A stretch of 64,000 nucleotides of DNA. Source: Gemmatimonadota bacterium (GTDB lineage: Bacteria > Gemmatimonadota > Gemmatimonadetes > Gemmatimonadales > Gemmatimonadaceae). The DNA is taken from assembly GCA_018969225.1 (NCBI GenBank), contig JAGWYS010000001.1:2279-66278 (forward strand), read 5' to 3'. The notes under the pieces were generated by a model. It worked only from the letters and a program-made list of their open reading frames with translations. It was not told where the DNA came from and searched no databases. Of the stretch, positions 9,502-18,892 are shown one piece after another. A program made the position numbers and the translations under genes. How positions within the stretch are numbered: the first letter of the stretch is position 1; each line of letters opens with the position of its first letter.

Positions 9502-11192
9502 AAGAACACCGGCTCGCGGTACGCGCCGAAGACATCCTCGAGCGCCGCCCGGATCTCGTACAACGTGCAGTAGGCGCGCGCGCAGTCGAGGATGCGGGGC
9601 ACGACATTTTCCTCGCCCCGCGCCGCCTGCCGCAACGCCTCAAGGCACGCGGCCACCCGCGCCTGGTCGCGCCCCGCCCGCAGCGCCGCCAGTCGCTCGC
9701 GCTGCCCCGCCTCGGCCTCGGTGCCGATCTTGAGCGTGGGGATGGTGAGTTCCGGCTCCTCCGTGGTGAAGGCGTTGACCCCCACCACGAGCTTCCGCCG
9801 CTGCTCCACCTCCCACTGCTGCCGGGCGGCGCTCTCCGCGATCCGCTTCTGGAACCAGCCGTCCTCCAGCCCCCGCACCACGCCACCGGCCTCGTCGATC
9901 CGGGCGAAGAGCGCCTCCGCCTCCGCCTCCAGCCGGTCGGTGAGGGCCTCCACATAGTAGGAGCCCCCGAGCGGGTCCATGACGCTGGGCACCCCGGTCT
10001 CGCAGGCGAGGATCTGCTGCGTGCGCAGCGCCACCTGCACCGCTTCCTCCGTGGGGAGCGACAGCGTCTCGTCCATGGAGTTGGTGTGCAGCGACTGCGT
10101 GCCGCCGAGCACGGCGGCCAGCGCCTGGTACGCCACGCGCACCACGTTGTTCACGGGCTGCTGGGCGGTGAGCGTGACCCCGGCCGTCTGGCTGTGGAAG
10201 CGCATCATCCAGGAGCGCGGGTTCCGGGCGCCGTAGCGGTCGCGCAGGTGGCGCGCCCAGATGCGGCGCGCGGCGCGCAGCTTCGCGATCTCCTCGAAGA
10301 AATCGTTGTGGATGTCCCAGAAGAACGACAGGCGCGGCGCGAACTCGTCCACGTCCAGCCCACGGGCGATCCCGCGTTCCACGTAGGTGAAGCCGTTGGC
10401 GAGCGTGAACGCCAGCTCCTGCGCCGCGGTGGCCCCGGCCTCGCGGATGTGGTAGCCCGAGATGGAAATGGTGTTCCAGTGCGGCGCATGCTCCGCGCAC
10501 CACGCGAAGCCGTCCACGATCAGCCGCAGCGCCGGCTCGATCGGGAAGCACCAGGCGTGCTGCGCCATGTACTCCTTCAGGATGTCGTTCTGGACCGTCC
10601 CCTGCAGCTTCGACGCCGGCACGCCCTGCTTCTCCGCCGCCGCGATGTAGAAGCAGAGGAGGATGATGGCCGGGCCGTTGATGGTCATGGACGTGGACAC
10701 CCGGTCCAGGGGGATCCCGTCGAAGAGCGCCTCCATGTCCGCCAGCGACGAGATCGCCACGCCGCACTTCCCCACCTCCCCCTCGGAGCGGGGGTGGTCG
10801 GAGTCGTACCCCATCAGCGTGGGGAAGTCGAACGCCACCGACAACCCCGTCTGCCCCTGCGAGAGCAGGAACTTGTAGCGCTGATTGGTCTCGCGCGCGG
10901 TGCCAAAGCCGGCGAACTGCCGCATGGTCCACAGCTTGCCGCGATACCCGGTGGGATGGATCCCGCGGGTGTAGGGCCACGCCCCGGGCACCTCGAGCAC
11001 GCTGCCCCCGGAGCCGGCCAGGTCGAGCGCCGTGTACAGTGGCGCCACCTCGGCGGCGGAGTTGGTGTAGGCCACGTCCCGGGTCGCGCCCCCCTCGTAC
11101 CGGGCCCGCCACTGGTCCACCTCAGCCCGCAACCGGGCCAGCTCGTCCTGCTGCTGGCGGAGGACCGCCTCGAGTTCCTGCGTCCCAGCCAT
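9498..11192 (-). CDS. B12-dependent acyl-CoA mutase large subunit, isobutyryl-CoA mutase-like
   Basis: [60 protein letters not shown]. Confidence 0.92.
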   Translation of the reverse strand: MAGTQELEAVLRQQQDELARLRAEVDQWRARYEGGATRDVAYTNSAAEVAPLYTALDLAGSGGSVLEVPGAWPYTRGIHPTGYRGKLWTMRQFAGFGTARETNQRYKFLLSQGQTGLSVAFDFPTLMGYDSDHPRSEGEVGKCGVAISSLADMEALFDGIPLDRVSTSMTINGPAIILLCFYIAAAEKQGVPASKLQGTVQNDILKEYMAQHAWCFPIEPALRLIVDGFAWCAEHAPHWNTISISGYHIREAGATAAQELAFTLANGFTYVERGIARGLDVDEFAPRLSFFWDIHNDFFEEIAKLRAARRIWARHLRDRYGARNPRSWMMRFHSQTAGVTLTAQQPVNNVVRVAYQALAAVLGGTQSLHTNSMDETLSLPTEEAVQVALRTQQILACETGVPSVMDPLGGSYYVEALTDRLEAEAEALFARIDEAGGVVRGLEDGWFQKRIAESAARQQWEVEQRRKLVVGVNAFTTEEPELTIPTLKIGTEAEAGQRERLAALRAGRDQARVAACLEALRQAARGEENVVPRILDCARAYCTLYEIRAALEDVFGAYREPVFF

Positions 11193-11196
11193 GTGC

Positions 11197-12342
11197 TCAT
11201 GCCCCCGGGATGGGCGCGGGATCCGCGCCGGTGAGTAGCTCGCCACTGCGGGCCCGCAAGGCGCCCGCCACCGCGTACGGGGCGACGGCCCCGGCCTCCA
11301 TCGCCGGCAGTTGGTCGTCGATCCACGCCATCGTGCCGGGATCCCGCCACAGCCGCTGCCGCAGCTGCTGTTCCACGACTTCCATCACGCGTTCCCGCAA
11401 CCGCCGCCGCCGCCGTTCCTGCAGGTGCCCGCTGGCGACCAGATGACGATGGTGCCGGTCCAGCGCGTCCACCAGCGCCTCGATCCCCTCCCCCTGTGCC
11501 GCAACCAGCCGCAGCACGGGGGGCACCCACTGCGTCGGCGCCTCCGCGTGCGCGGCGGCCCGGGCCGCGCGGGCCGGGTTGAGCGCCATGCGGAGCGCCT
11601 CCCGGTCCGCCGCGCCCCGGAGGTCCACCCCATGGTGGGCCGGGACGCCGTGGCTGGCATCCCCCCCCCGCATCCCGAGCATGAGCTCGATGTCGGTGCG
11701 CAGGCGATCCGCCCCCGGACGGTCGGCCTTGTTCACGGCAAAGACGTCGGCGATCTCCATGACACCCGCCTTGAGGGTCTGGATGGAGTCCCCTGACTCC
11801 GGCACCAGCACCACCAGCGTGGTGTCCGCGGCGCGCGCAACGTCCAGTTCGCTCTGCCCCACCCCCACCGTCTCGATGAGGATGACGTCCACGCCGTGGG
11901 CGTCGAGCACGTCGCACACCTCGCGCGTGGCGGTGGCCAATCCCCCGAGCGATCCGCGGGTGGCCATGGACCGGATGAAGACGCCTGGATCGAGCGCGAC
12001 CGATTCCATGCGGATGCGATCGCCCAGCAGCGCTCCCCCGGTGAAGGGCGAGGTCGGATCGACGGCCACGATACCCACGCGGAGCCCGCGCGCCCGGTAC
12101 GCGGCGGTCAGCTGCGTCGTGGTGGTGCTCTTGCCGGCCCCCGGGGGCCCGGTGATGCCGATGCGGCGCGCCCGTCCCATCCGGGGATGCAGCGCGGCGA
12201 GGAGCCGGTCGAACCCGGGGCGATGATCCTCCACCACGCTGACCGCGCGGGCCAGCGCGGCGGGAGCGCCCCCGGCGAAGGCGGTCAGCAGCCGCTGCAT
12301 GGCGACCGACAGGCCGCCCCCCGCCTCACTCGGTGCCGTCAT
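11197..12342 (-). CDS. meaB: Mutase-associated GTPase metallochaperone MeaB
   Basis: [43 protein letters not shown]. Confidence 0.93.
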   Translation of the reverse strand: MTAPSEAGGGLSVAMQRLLTAFAGGAPAALARAVSVVEDHRPGFDRLLAALHPRMGRARRIGITGPPGAGKSTTTTQLTAAYRARGLRVGIVAVDPTSPFTGGALLGDRIRMESVALDPGVFIRSMATRGSLGGLATATREVCDVLDAHGVDVILIETVGVGQSELDVARAADTTLVVLVPESGDSIQTLKAGVMEIADVFAVNKADRPGADRLRTDIELMLGMRGGDASHGVPAHHGVDLRGAADREALRMALNPARAARAAAHAEAPTQWVPPVLRLVAAQGEGIEALVDALDRHHRHLVASGHLQERRRRRLRERVMEVVEQQLRQRLWRDPGTMAWIDDQLPAMEAGAVAPYAVAGALRARSGELLTGADPAPIPGA

Positions 12343-13276
12343 CGTGCTCGTCGCGAATCTCGCCCACCAGTTCCTCCAGCAGGTCCTCAAGGGTCACCAC
12401 CCCGGCCACCTGTCCCCCCTCCTGCACGATCGCCAGCTGGCGGCGGGCCCGCAGGAGCGCGAAGAGGAGTTCGTTGGCGGGGCGGTCGGCAGGGGTCATG
12501 GTCACGGGGCGCAGCGCGGGCCACGCCTCGCCCTCCTGCGCCAGCACGTCGAACACGTGCACCATCCCCACGATGGCGTCCGGCGTCCCGCGAAACACGG
12601 GTACCCGGCTGTAGCCGGCGAGTGCCACCTGCTCGGCCAGCTCCCGTGGCGACAGCGCCTCGCTGACGGCGAAGAGCCGGGCACGGGGCGTCATCACGTC
12701 ACGCACGGCCTTGTCCCCGAAGCGCACCACGCCGGAGATGATCGCCAGCTCCTCACTGGTGCCCAGCCCCTCGAAAGCCCCGTCGCGCAGCAGTTCCTCG
12801 AGTTCGTCGCGCCCCTCGCGCTCCCCCGCCTCGCCATCACCCGCCGGCGTGGCGCGACGGACCGCCGCCGCCACCCACTCCACCGGACGCACCAGCCAGG
12901 CGACGCCCTGGAGCGCGGGCACCAGCAGTGGCACCAGCTGAGGCGCCCACCGGGCCCCCACCGCCCGGGGCACCACCTGCCCGAGCACCACCAGCACCAC
13001 CGCGGCCGCGACCAGTGCCCCCGCCAGCGCCAGCCAATGCGGACCCACCCGCCACGCCACCGCCATCCCCGCCGCCGAGGCCACCAGCATGGCGCCGGTG
13101 GCCGCTCCATGGAGCAGGCGGGCCGGGCGCTCCAGGATGCGCGCCACCCCGCGCGGGCCACCGGGACGATGCTCGAACCAGTGTCGCAGCCACAGCCGGC
13201 TCACCGCCCGCACCGAGGCGCCGGCGGCCGTCAGGACGGCCATCGCGACCAGCGCCAGCAGCAGCCCCGTCGTCAT
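12326..13276 (-). CDS. CNNM/hemolysin-family CBS-domain membrane protein lacking the CorC/HlyC C-terminal domain
   Basis: Hydrophobic N-terminus, VRDVMTPR, GYSRVPV, GVVTLEDLLEELVGEIRDE, then a stop. Confidence 0.85.
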   Translation of the reverse strand: MTTGLLLALVAMAVLTAAGASVRAVSRLWLRHWFEHRPGGPRGVARILERPARLLHGAATGAMLVASAAGMAVAWRVGPHWLALAGALVAAAVVLVVLGQVVPRAVGARWAPQLVPLLVPALQGVAWLVRPVEWVAAAVRRATPAGDGEAGEREGRDELEELLRDGAFEGLGTSEELAIISGVVRFGDKAVRDVMTPRARLFAVSEALSPRELAEQVALAGYSRVPVFRGTPDAIVGMVHVFDVLAQEGEAWPALRPVTMTPADRPANELLFALLRARRQLAIVQEGGQVAGVVTLEDLLEELVGEIRDEHDDGTE

Positions 13277-14532
13277 GCGTCCTCCTCCTCGCCCGCATCC
13301 CGGTGCTCCGGGGCGGTTCGCTCGAGGAAGACCCGCTGGATCTTGCGGCGGACCACGCGCTCGACCCGGACCCGGAAGGGGCCCAGCGCGAGCGCCTCAC
13401 CGGCGCGCGGAACGCGCCCCAGCACGTCGAGGATCAACCCGCCCACCGTGGTGACGTCGTCGCGGCGGAAGTCGTGCCCCACCGCCTCCGACAGGTCGTC
13501 CAGCGTGAGGCGCCCCGACACCCAGTAGCGCGCGTCCCCCTCGCGCTCCACCAGCCGTTCCTCATCGTCATACTCGTCGCGGATCTCCCCCACCAACTCC
13601 TCGAGGATGTCCTCGATGGTCACCAGCCCGGCCGTGCCCCCGTACTCGTCGGCCACGATGGCGAGGTGCCGTCCGGTGGCCCGGAACTCCCGGAGCAGGT
13701 CGGCAATCCGCTTGGTGGCGGGGATGAACAGCGGGGTGCGCAGCAGCGAAGGCCAGCCGGCCTCGGGTTCGTCGCCGGCCAGGACGGCGGGGAGCAGGTC
13801 CTTGACCACCAGCACGCCGACGACCTCGTCCACGGTGTCCTCGTAGACGGGGAGGCGGGCATGCTGGGCGCTGCGCACCCGGTCCAGCAGCTCGGACCAC
13901 GGGGCGCAACGGTCGATGCCCACGATGTCCACGCGCGGCACCATGACTTCCTCGACCGTGGTCTCGCCAAAGTCGAAGACCCCCAGCAGCAGCTCCCGCT
14001 CATCGCGGGACACATCGGCCTCGCTCGTCACCACGTCGCGAAACTGGGCGGCGGCCACCTCGCGGCGCTCGAGGGACGATTCGGGCTCGGCGAGCACCAC
14101 CGCAAGCCGGGCGTCGAGCCACGCGCCAAGGCGCACCACCGGCGCCATCGCGACCTCGGCCACCCGCACGACCGGGTCCAACCGCACCGCCGCACGGGCG
14201 CCGAAAGCTCCCCCGAGCAGGCGGGCCAGGCTTTCGGAAACGGTGACCGCGGCCACGATCAGCAGCGCGCCACGGGTGGCGCCGCCAGGGGTCAGGTCAC
14301 CCGACGGCGCCACCACCCAGCCCAGCGCGCCGCCAAGCGTCACCTGGGCGACCACCCGGGCGGCCGCCAAGGAGCGATGGGCCCGTTCCACCCTCGCGGT
14401 CCGCCCGGGATCGGCCGGTTCCTGTCCCGGCAACGGAGGGAGCGCTTCGGCGAGCAGCGCCCCGTCCGCGACGGCCAGCAAGGCGGCGCAGGCCAACGCC
14501 CCCGCAGCCACCAGCAACGGGAGGAGGATCAC
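13273..14532 (-). CDS. CNNM/hemolysin family protein with CBS pair and CorC/HlyC domain
   Basis: VEEVMVPR, HARLPVY, DEYGGTAGLVTIEDILEELVGEI, TTVGG..LGRVP. Confidence 0.88.
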   Translation of the reverse strand: MILLPLLVAAGALACAALLAVADGALLAEALPPLPGQEPADPGRTARVERAHRSLAAARVVAQVTLGGALGWVVAPSGDLTPGGATRGALLIVAAVTVSESLARLLGGAFGARAAVRLDPVVRVAEVAMAPVVRLGAWLDARLAVVLAEPESSLERREVAAAQFRDVVTSEADVSRDERELLLGVFDFGETTVEEVMVPRVDIVGIDRCAPWSELLDRVRSAQHARLPVYEDTVDEVVGVLVVKDLLPAVLAGDEPEAGWPSLLRTPLFIPATKRIADLLREFRATGRHLAIVADEYGGTAGLVTIEDILEELVGEIRDEYDDEERLVEREGDARYWVSGRLTLDDLSEAVGHDFRRDDVTTVGGLILDVLGRVPRAGEALALGPFRVRVERVVRRKIQRVFLERTAPEHRDAGEEEDA

Positions 14533-14557
14533 GCCCCCTCCCGGGTTCGAGGTCGGC

Positions 14558-15028
14558 TCATGCCGGTGTCATGGACGTGATCCAGTGGCGCTGCACCAGC
14601 CGCTCCTGGCGTCGCCACATCGGCGACGTCACCCGATCCTCCGATTCCGGGTGATCCCACCCGCATGCGTGCAGCATGCCGTGGACGACGAGGCGCGCCA
14701 ACTCCTCGCGCACCCCCACCCCGTGGCGCCGCGCCTGCCGCCGCGCCACGTCGGGACAAATGTACACGTCGGCGACGAGCCCGCAGGCCGGGTCGTCCCC
14801 GAGCGCGAACGTGATGATGTCCGTCGCCCCGGCGTGTCCCAGGTGTCGGCGGTTGAGCGCGGCCATCCGGCGAGGGCCCACGAACGCCACCGACACCAGC
14901 GCCCGCCGGATCCCCTCGGCCCGCAACACCGCCCGGGCGAGGGCGACCAGACGTGCGCGGGCCACGGGCAGGCGGAGCCCCTCGCACTCGACGGCCACGG
15001 CCAGCGCCGCGTCGCCGCGCGCCGTCAC
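14558..15028 (-). CDS. ybeY: rRNA maturation RNase YbeY
   Basis: [19 protein letters not shown] (HxxxHxxxxxH). Lies next to phoH. Confidence 0.92.
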   Translation of the reverse strand: MTARGDAALAVAVECEGLRLPVARARLVALARAVLRAEGIRRALVSVAFVGPRRMAALNRRHLGHAGATDIITFALGDDPACGLVADVYICPDVARRQARRHGVGVREELARLVVHGMLHACGWDHPESEDRVTSPMWRRQERLVQRHWITSMTPA

Positions 15029-15999
15029 TGCCCTGCCGCGTCTTCGTTGTACGCCCGGATGATGTCGCGCACCAGCCGGTGACGCACCACGTCGGCGTCG
15101 CTGAAGTAGTGGAACGCGATCCCTTCGATGCCGTGAAGGATGCGCTCCACCTGCATGAGCCCGGAATCCTCCCGCCGGGGCAGGTCCACCTGCGTCTTGT
15201 CCCCCGTGATGACAATGCGCGAGTTCACCCCGAGGCGCGTGAGGAACATCTTCATCTGCAGCCCGGTGGCGTTCTGCGCCTCGTCGAGGATGACGAAGGC
15301 GTCGCCCAGCGTGCGCCCGCGCATGAACGCCAGCGGCGCCACCTCGATCACGCGCGTCTCGAGCAGTTTCTGGATGCGCTCGACCGGGACGAGGTCGTCG
15401 AGGGCGTCGTACAGGGGGCGCAGGTAGGGGTCTACCTTGGCCTGCATGTCCCCCGGCAGGAAGCCCAGGCTCTCCCCCGCCTCCACCGCCGGACGGGCGA
15501 GGACGATGCGGCGCACGCGCTTGCGCATCAAGGCGTCCACGGCCGCGGCGACCGCCAGATAGGTCTTCCCCGTGCCCGCGGGGCCGATCCCGATCACGAT
15601 GTCGTGCTCGGCGATCTTGCGCAGGTACTCCGCCTGGCCGGGAGTCTTCGGCTGGACGCTGCGCCGGGCGCCAGGAAGGTGGAGCGCGCCGTTGACGGCC
15701 CCGGGCGCGTCCCCCGGCCGGTCGGCCAGGGAGAGCCGCAGCACGTCATCCGCCGAGAGCACGTGGCCGTCCCGCACGCGCGCCACCATGGCCGAGGCGA
15801 TGGCCTGGGCGCGTCCCACGGCGTCCGGGTCGCCCGTCAACGCCAGGTGGTCGCCGCGGAGCACCACGCGCGCCCCCGTGGTGCGGGCCAGTTCGACCAG
15901 GTTCGCGTCGTTGACACCGGCCAGCACCTGCTGGTCGGCGCCCTCCACCGAGACCCGATGGACGGTCGCGTCCGGAGCGCGTTCGCCGACGCCGTCCAT
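15025..15999 (-). CDS. phoH: PhoH family ATPase (YbeZ)
   Basis: [47 protein letters not shown]. Confidence 0.95.
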   Translation of the reverse strand: MDGVGERAPDATVHRVSVEGADQQVLAGVNDANLVELARTTGARVVLRGDHLALTGDPDAVGRAQAIASAMVARVRDGHVLSADDVLRLSLADRPGDAPGAVNGALHLPGARRSVQPKTPGQAEYLRKIAEHDIVIGIGPAGTGKTYLAVAAAVDALMRKRVRRIVLARPAVEAGESLGFLPGDMQAKVDPYLRPLYDALDDLVPVERIQKLLETRVIEVAPLAFMRGRTLGDAFVILDEAQNATGLQMKMFLTRLGVNSRIVITGDKTQVDLPRREDSGLMQVERILHGIEGIAFHYFSDADVVRHRLVRDIIRAYNEDAAGQ

Positions 16000-17802
16000 C
16001 TAGGAACCGGCGGGGCGGACGGTCAGGTGCAACGCGCCCAGTTCGTCAGGCGGGACGGGCGTGGGCGCTCCCTCGAACAGGGCGCGCGCCGCGGTGGTCT
16101 TGGGGAAGGCGATCACGTCGCGCAGCGATGGGGCACCGGCCAGCAGCATCGCGATCCGGTCGAAGCCGAAGGCGATGCCGCCATGCGGCGGGGCCCCGGC
16201 GCGGAGCCCCTCCAGCAGGAAGCCGAAGCGCCGCTCCTGCTCCTCGGTGTCGCCAATCCCCAGCAGGGCGAACATCCGCGACTGCACCGCCGGGTCGCTG
16301 GTGCGGATGCTGCCGCCCCCCAGCTCGGTGCCATTGAGCACGACGTCATATGCCAGCGCGCGCCAGGTGGCCGGGGCGTCGGGGCGCGCGGCCATGTCGT
16401 CCGGGTGGGGGGCGGTGAAGGGGTGGTGCACCGCCGCCAGCGCGCCGGAGTCGGGGTCGGCCTCGAACATCGGGAAGTCCAGCACCCAGAGGAAGCACCG
16501 GGCCTGCTCGTCCACCAGTCCAAGGCGGCGGGCGCACTCCTGGCGCACGCGGTCGAGCGCCGGACTGCTGACGCGGTCGGGACCCGCCACCCCCAGCAGC
16601 AGGTCGCCCTCGCGCAACGCCAGCCGCGCCTCGGCCTCCGGGGTCAGGAGCTTGGCCACCGGACCCTCGTATCCATCGGCGGAGCGGCGCAGGCGCAACA
16701 GCCCCGCCGCCCCGGCGCCCTTGGCGAGCGCCTCCAGCTCATCGACCTGCTTGCGGCTCCACGCCCCGCCACCGGGCACCACGATGGCGCGCACCCGACC
16801 GCCGGCGGCGAGCGCGGCCGACGTGACCGCGAACGCCATCGTGCGGAACGCCTCGCTGACGTCCCGCAGCTCCAACCCGTAGCGCAGGTCCGGCCGGTCG
16901 CAACCGAACCGCTCCATCGCCTCCGCGTAGCTCATGCGGGGAAAGGGCAGCGGCACCTCGTGCCCCGCCTCATGCCACAGCGACGCGACCAGCCCCTCGG
17001 CCAGCGTCAGGATGTCCTCGCGCTGGACAAAGGAGGCCTCGATGTCGATCTGCGTGAACTCCGGCTGCCGATCCGCGCGCAGGTCCTCGTCCCGGAAACA
17101 CCGGGCCACCTGGAAGTAGCGGTCGTAGCCGGCGCACATGAACAACTGCTTGTAGATCTGCGGGGATTGCGGCAGCGCGTAGAACTCGCCAGGGTGCACG
17201 CGGCTGGGCACCAGGTAATCCCGCGCGCCCTCGGGGGTGGGCTTGGTCAGCACCGGGGTCTCCAATTCCAGAAACCCCCGCTCACTCAGGAATCGACGGG
17301 TGACCTGGAGCAGGCGATGCCGGAGGACCAGGTTGTGCTGCAGCTCCGGGCGCCGGAGGTCGAGGTACCGATGCCGCAGGCGCAGTTCCTCGGCCGGCAT
17401 CCGGTCCTTCGGCCCGCGTGCCACGGGGATGGCCGGCGTCACGGCGGGCCCCACGACCCGCAGCGCCGACAGGCGCACCTCGACGGCCCCCGTGGCCATG
17501 TCGGGGTTGACCCGATCGGGCTCGCGCGCCACCACGGTTCCCTCCACGAGGACGACCGACTCCACCCCCACGGCGGCAGCAGCGGCCTGCACCGGTTCCG
17601 TCGTCCACGCCGGCCCGGCCGCCACCTGCACCAGCCCGGTACGGTCGCGCAGGTCCAGGAACACCAGCCCGCCCAGGTCGCGCGAACGGTGAACCCACCC
17701 CCCCAACCGCACCGTGCGCCCGACGTCAGGGAGGCCCAGCGCGCCGCACGGATCGGTGCGGAGCGAGGTGGCGAGGACGGCAGGATCGGCGGGAACGGAC
17801 AT
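16000..17802 (-). CDS. aspS: Aspartate--tRNA ligase
   Basis: GWVHRSRDLGG, TPEGARDYLVPSR, LPQSPQ, CFRDEDLRADRQPEFTQ, HHPFT, PPHGGIAFGFDR. ATG at 17802. Confidence 0.97.
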   Translation of the reverse strand: MSVPADPAVLATSLRTDPCGALGLPDVGRTVRLGGWVHRSRDLGGLVFLDLRDRTGLVQVAAGPAWTTEPVQAAAAAVGVESVVLVEGTVVAREPDRVNPDMATGAVEVRLSALRVVGPAVTPAIPVARGPKDRMPAEELRLRHRYLDLRRPELQHNLVLRHRLLQVTRRFLSERGFLELETPVLTKPTPEGARDYLVPSRVHPGEFYALPQSPQIYKQLFMCAGYDRYFQVARCFRDEDLRADRQPEFTQIDIEASFVQREDILTLAEGLVASLWHEAGHEVPLPFPRMSYAEAMERFGCDRPDLRYGLELRDVSEAFRTMAFAVTSAALAAGGRVRAIVVPGGGAWSRKQVDELEALAKGAGAAGLLRLRRSADGYEGPVAKLLTPEAEARLALREGDLLLGVAGPDRVSSPALDRVRQECARRLGLVDEQARCFLWVLDFPMFEADPDSGALAAVHHPFTAPHPDDMAARPDAPATWRALAYDVVLNGTELGGGSIRTSDPAVQSRMFALLGIGDTEEQERRFGFLLEGLRAGAPPHGGIAFGFDRIAMLLAGAPSLRDVIAFPKTTAARALFEGAPTPVPPDELGALHLTVRPAGS

Positions 17803-17924
17803 CCGGGGGGTGCAAAGTGGGCGCGGGCGGCGGTGGCGGGTCCTTGAACGGCCCCCCGCCGTGGTGTATGCCTCAAGATAGGCGGCCGGGAGGGGCGCCG
17901 GTAGGAACGCGCGCCGACACCAGC

Positions 17925-17954
17925 TTGACCCGCGGCGCCGGGCGCCGTTAGCAT
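17925..17954 (+). promoter_or_regulatory. Putative sigma70 promoter (TTGACC-N18-TAGCAT)
   Basis: -35 at 17925-30 and -10 at 17949-54. The predicted TSS is near ATG 17960. Confidence 0.55.
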
Positions 17955-17959
17955 CGATG

Positions 17960-18892
17960 ATGCGTCGCCTCCCCCGAAGCGTCGCGGCGCTGGGCTCGGC
18001 CGTGCTGACGGCGGGCGCGGCCCTCGTCGCCTCTCCCCCGTCGGCTGCCGGGGCCCAACCGGTGCCCGCCCGGGACCTTTGGTCGTTTCCGATCGGCGCC
18101 GTGCTGGAGCCCGCCGCGCTGGCTGGGGGAGCCGGGGCAGCCTTGTGGAACCCCGCCGCGTTTGCCCTTGCCCCCGATGAGCGGGTGCGATTCAGCGTAG
18201 CCACCTTGGCCACCGGCGCCGCACAGGGGGTTGAGGGCCAGGCCCTGGCGACCGCCGTCCGACGCGCCTCCGGGGTGACCGTGGGGGTCTCATTGGCGCG
18301 GGCCACCGTGGCCGGCTTGGTGCGGACCGAAACCGATCCGCAGGCGTTGGGGGACGTGCCGTACGCGTCGCTGCTCGGCAGTGTCACCGTGGCGCGCCCG
18401 CTGCTCCCCCACCTCACGGGCGGACTGGCCGTCCGGTGGCGGGAGGGACGAGCCGATCGCGAGATCCGGCATGCCATCGCGGCCGACCTGGGCGTGGTGG
18501 CGGATTTTCCGCAACTGCGCGGCACCCGGTTGGCACTGTCCAGCTTCCTCTGGCGCCCTGGTCGTGAGGAGGACGACCGTCCGGCCGTCGTCGGGGCGCT
18601 GGAAACCCGCGTGGCGGGCGCACGCGACGAGCGGGCGCTGCGCGCGGGCTTTGCGAGGCACGGGGTTGTCCGCGGGGGGGGGGAGCAGGGGCCCTTCCTG
18701 GCGGCCCGGATCGACGTGCTGGAGGTCCGGGCGGCACTCCTCCGGTCGCGCGACGCGGGGCAGGTCCTCCAGCGCGTCCGTTCCGGCGTGGCCCTGCATT
18801 ATGCGCGGTATGTGGTCGGGGTGGCCCGCGAAGAAGGCGCCGTCGGGCTGGGTCCCCTCTACCAGTTCACCCTCAGCACCCTCGTCCGGTGA
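17960..18892 (+). CDS. Exported hypothetical protein, possible outer-membrane beta-barrel (PorV/FadL-like)
   Basis: Signal-peptide-like N-terminus, LWNPAA motif, amphipathic strands and C-terminal YQFTLSTLVR. GTGA overlap with rlmN. Alternative ATG at 17957. Confidence 0.6.
   Translation: MRRLPRSVAALGSAVLTAGAALVASPPSAAGAQPVPARDLWSFPIGAVLEPAALAGGAGAALWNPAAFALAPDERVRFSVATLATGAAQGVEGQALATAVRRASGVTVGVSLARATVAGLVRTETDPQALGDVPYASLLGSVTVARPLLPHLTGGLAVRWREGRADREIRHAIAADLGVVADFPQLRGTRLALSSFLWRPGREEDDRPAVVGALETRVAGARDERALRAGFARHGVVRGGGEQGPFLAARIDVLEVRAALLRSRDAGQVLQRVRSGVALHYARYVVGVAREEGAVGLGPLYQFTLSTLVR

Noticed and set aside
12343-12400. Cobalamin riboswitch upstream of the mutase genes, or a trp attenuator/T-box upstream of the trp genes
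   Set aside because: There is no intergenic space before meaB, and I recognised no B12-box, Trp-rich leader peptide or T-box motif.
14953-17847. 964-aa plus-strand ORF and similar long overlapping ORFs (2455-4785, 22053-24257, 33275-35734, 55438-59031, 60463-62928)
   Set aside because: These lie antisense or out of frame to clearly conserved genes, with Arg/Pro/Gly/His-rich composition typical of GC artefacts.
17803-18525. N-terminal extension of aspS to 841 aa (likewise the ORF-track extensions of purL, trpB, trpF and mreD)
   Set aside because: The extensions overlap neighbouring genes, and family similarity begins at the downstream starts.
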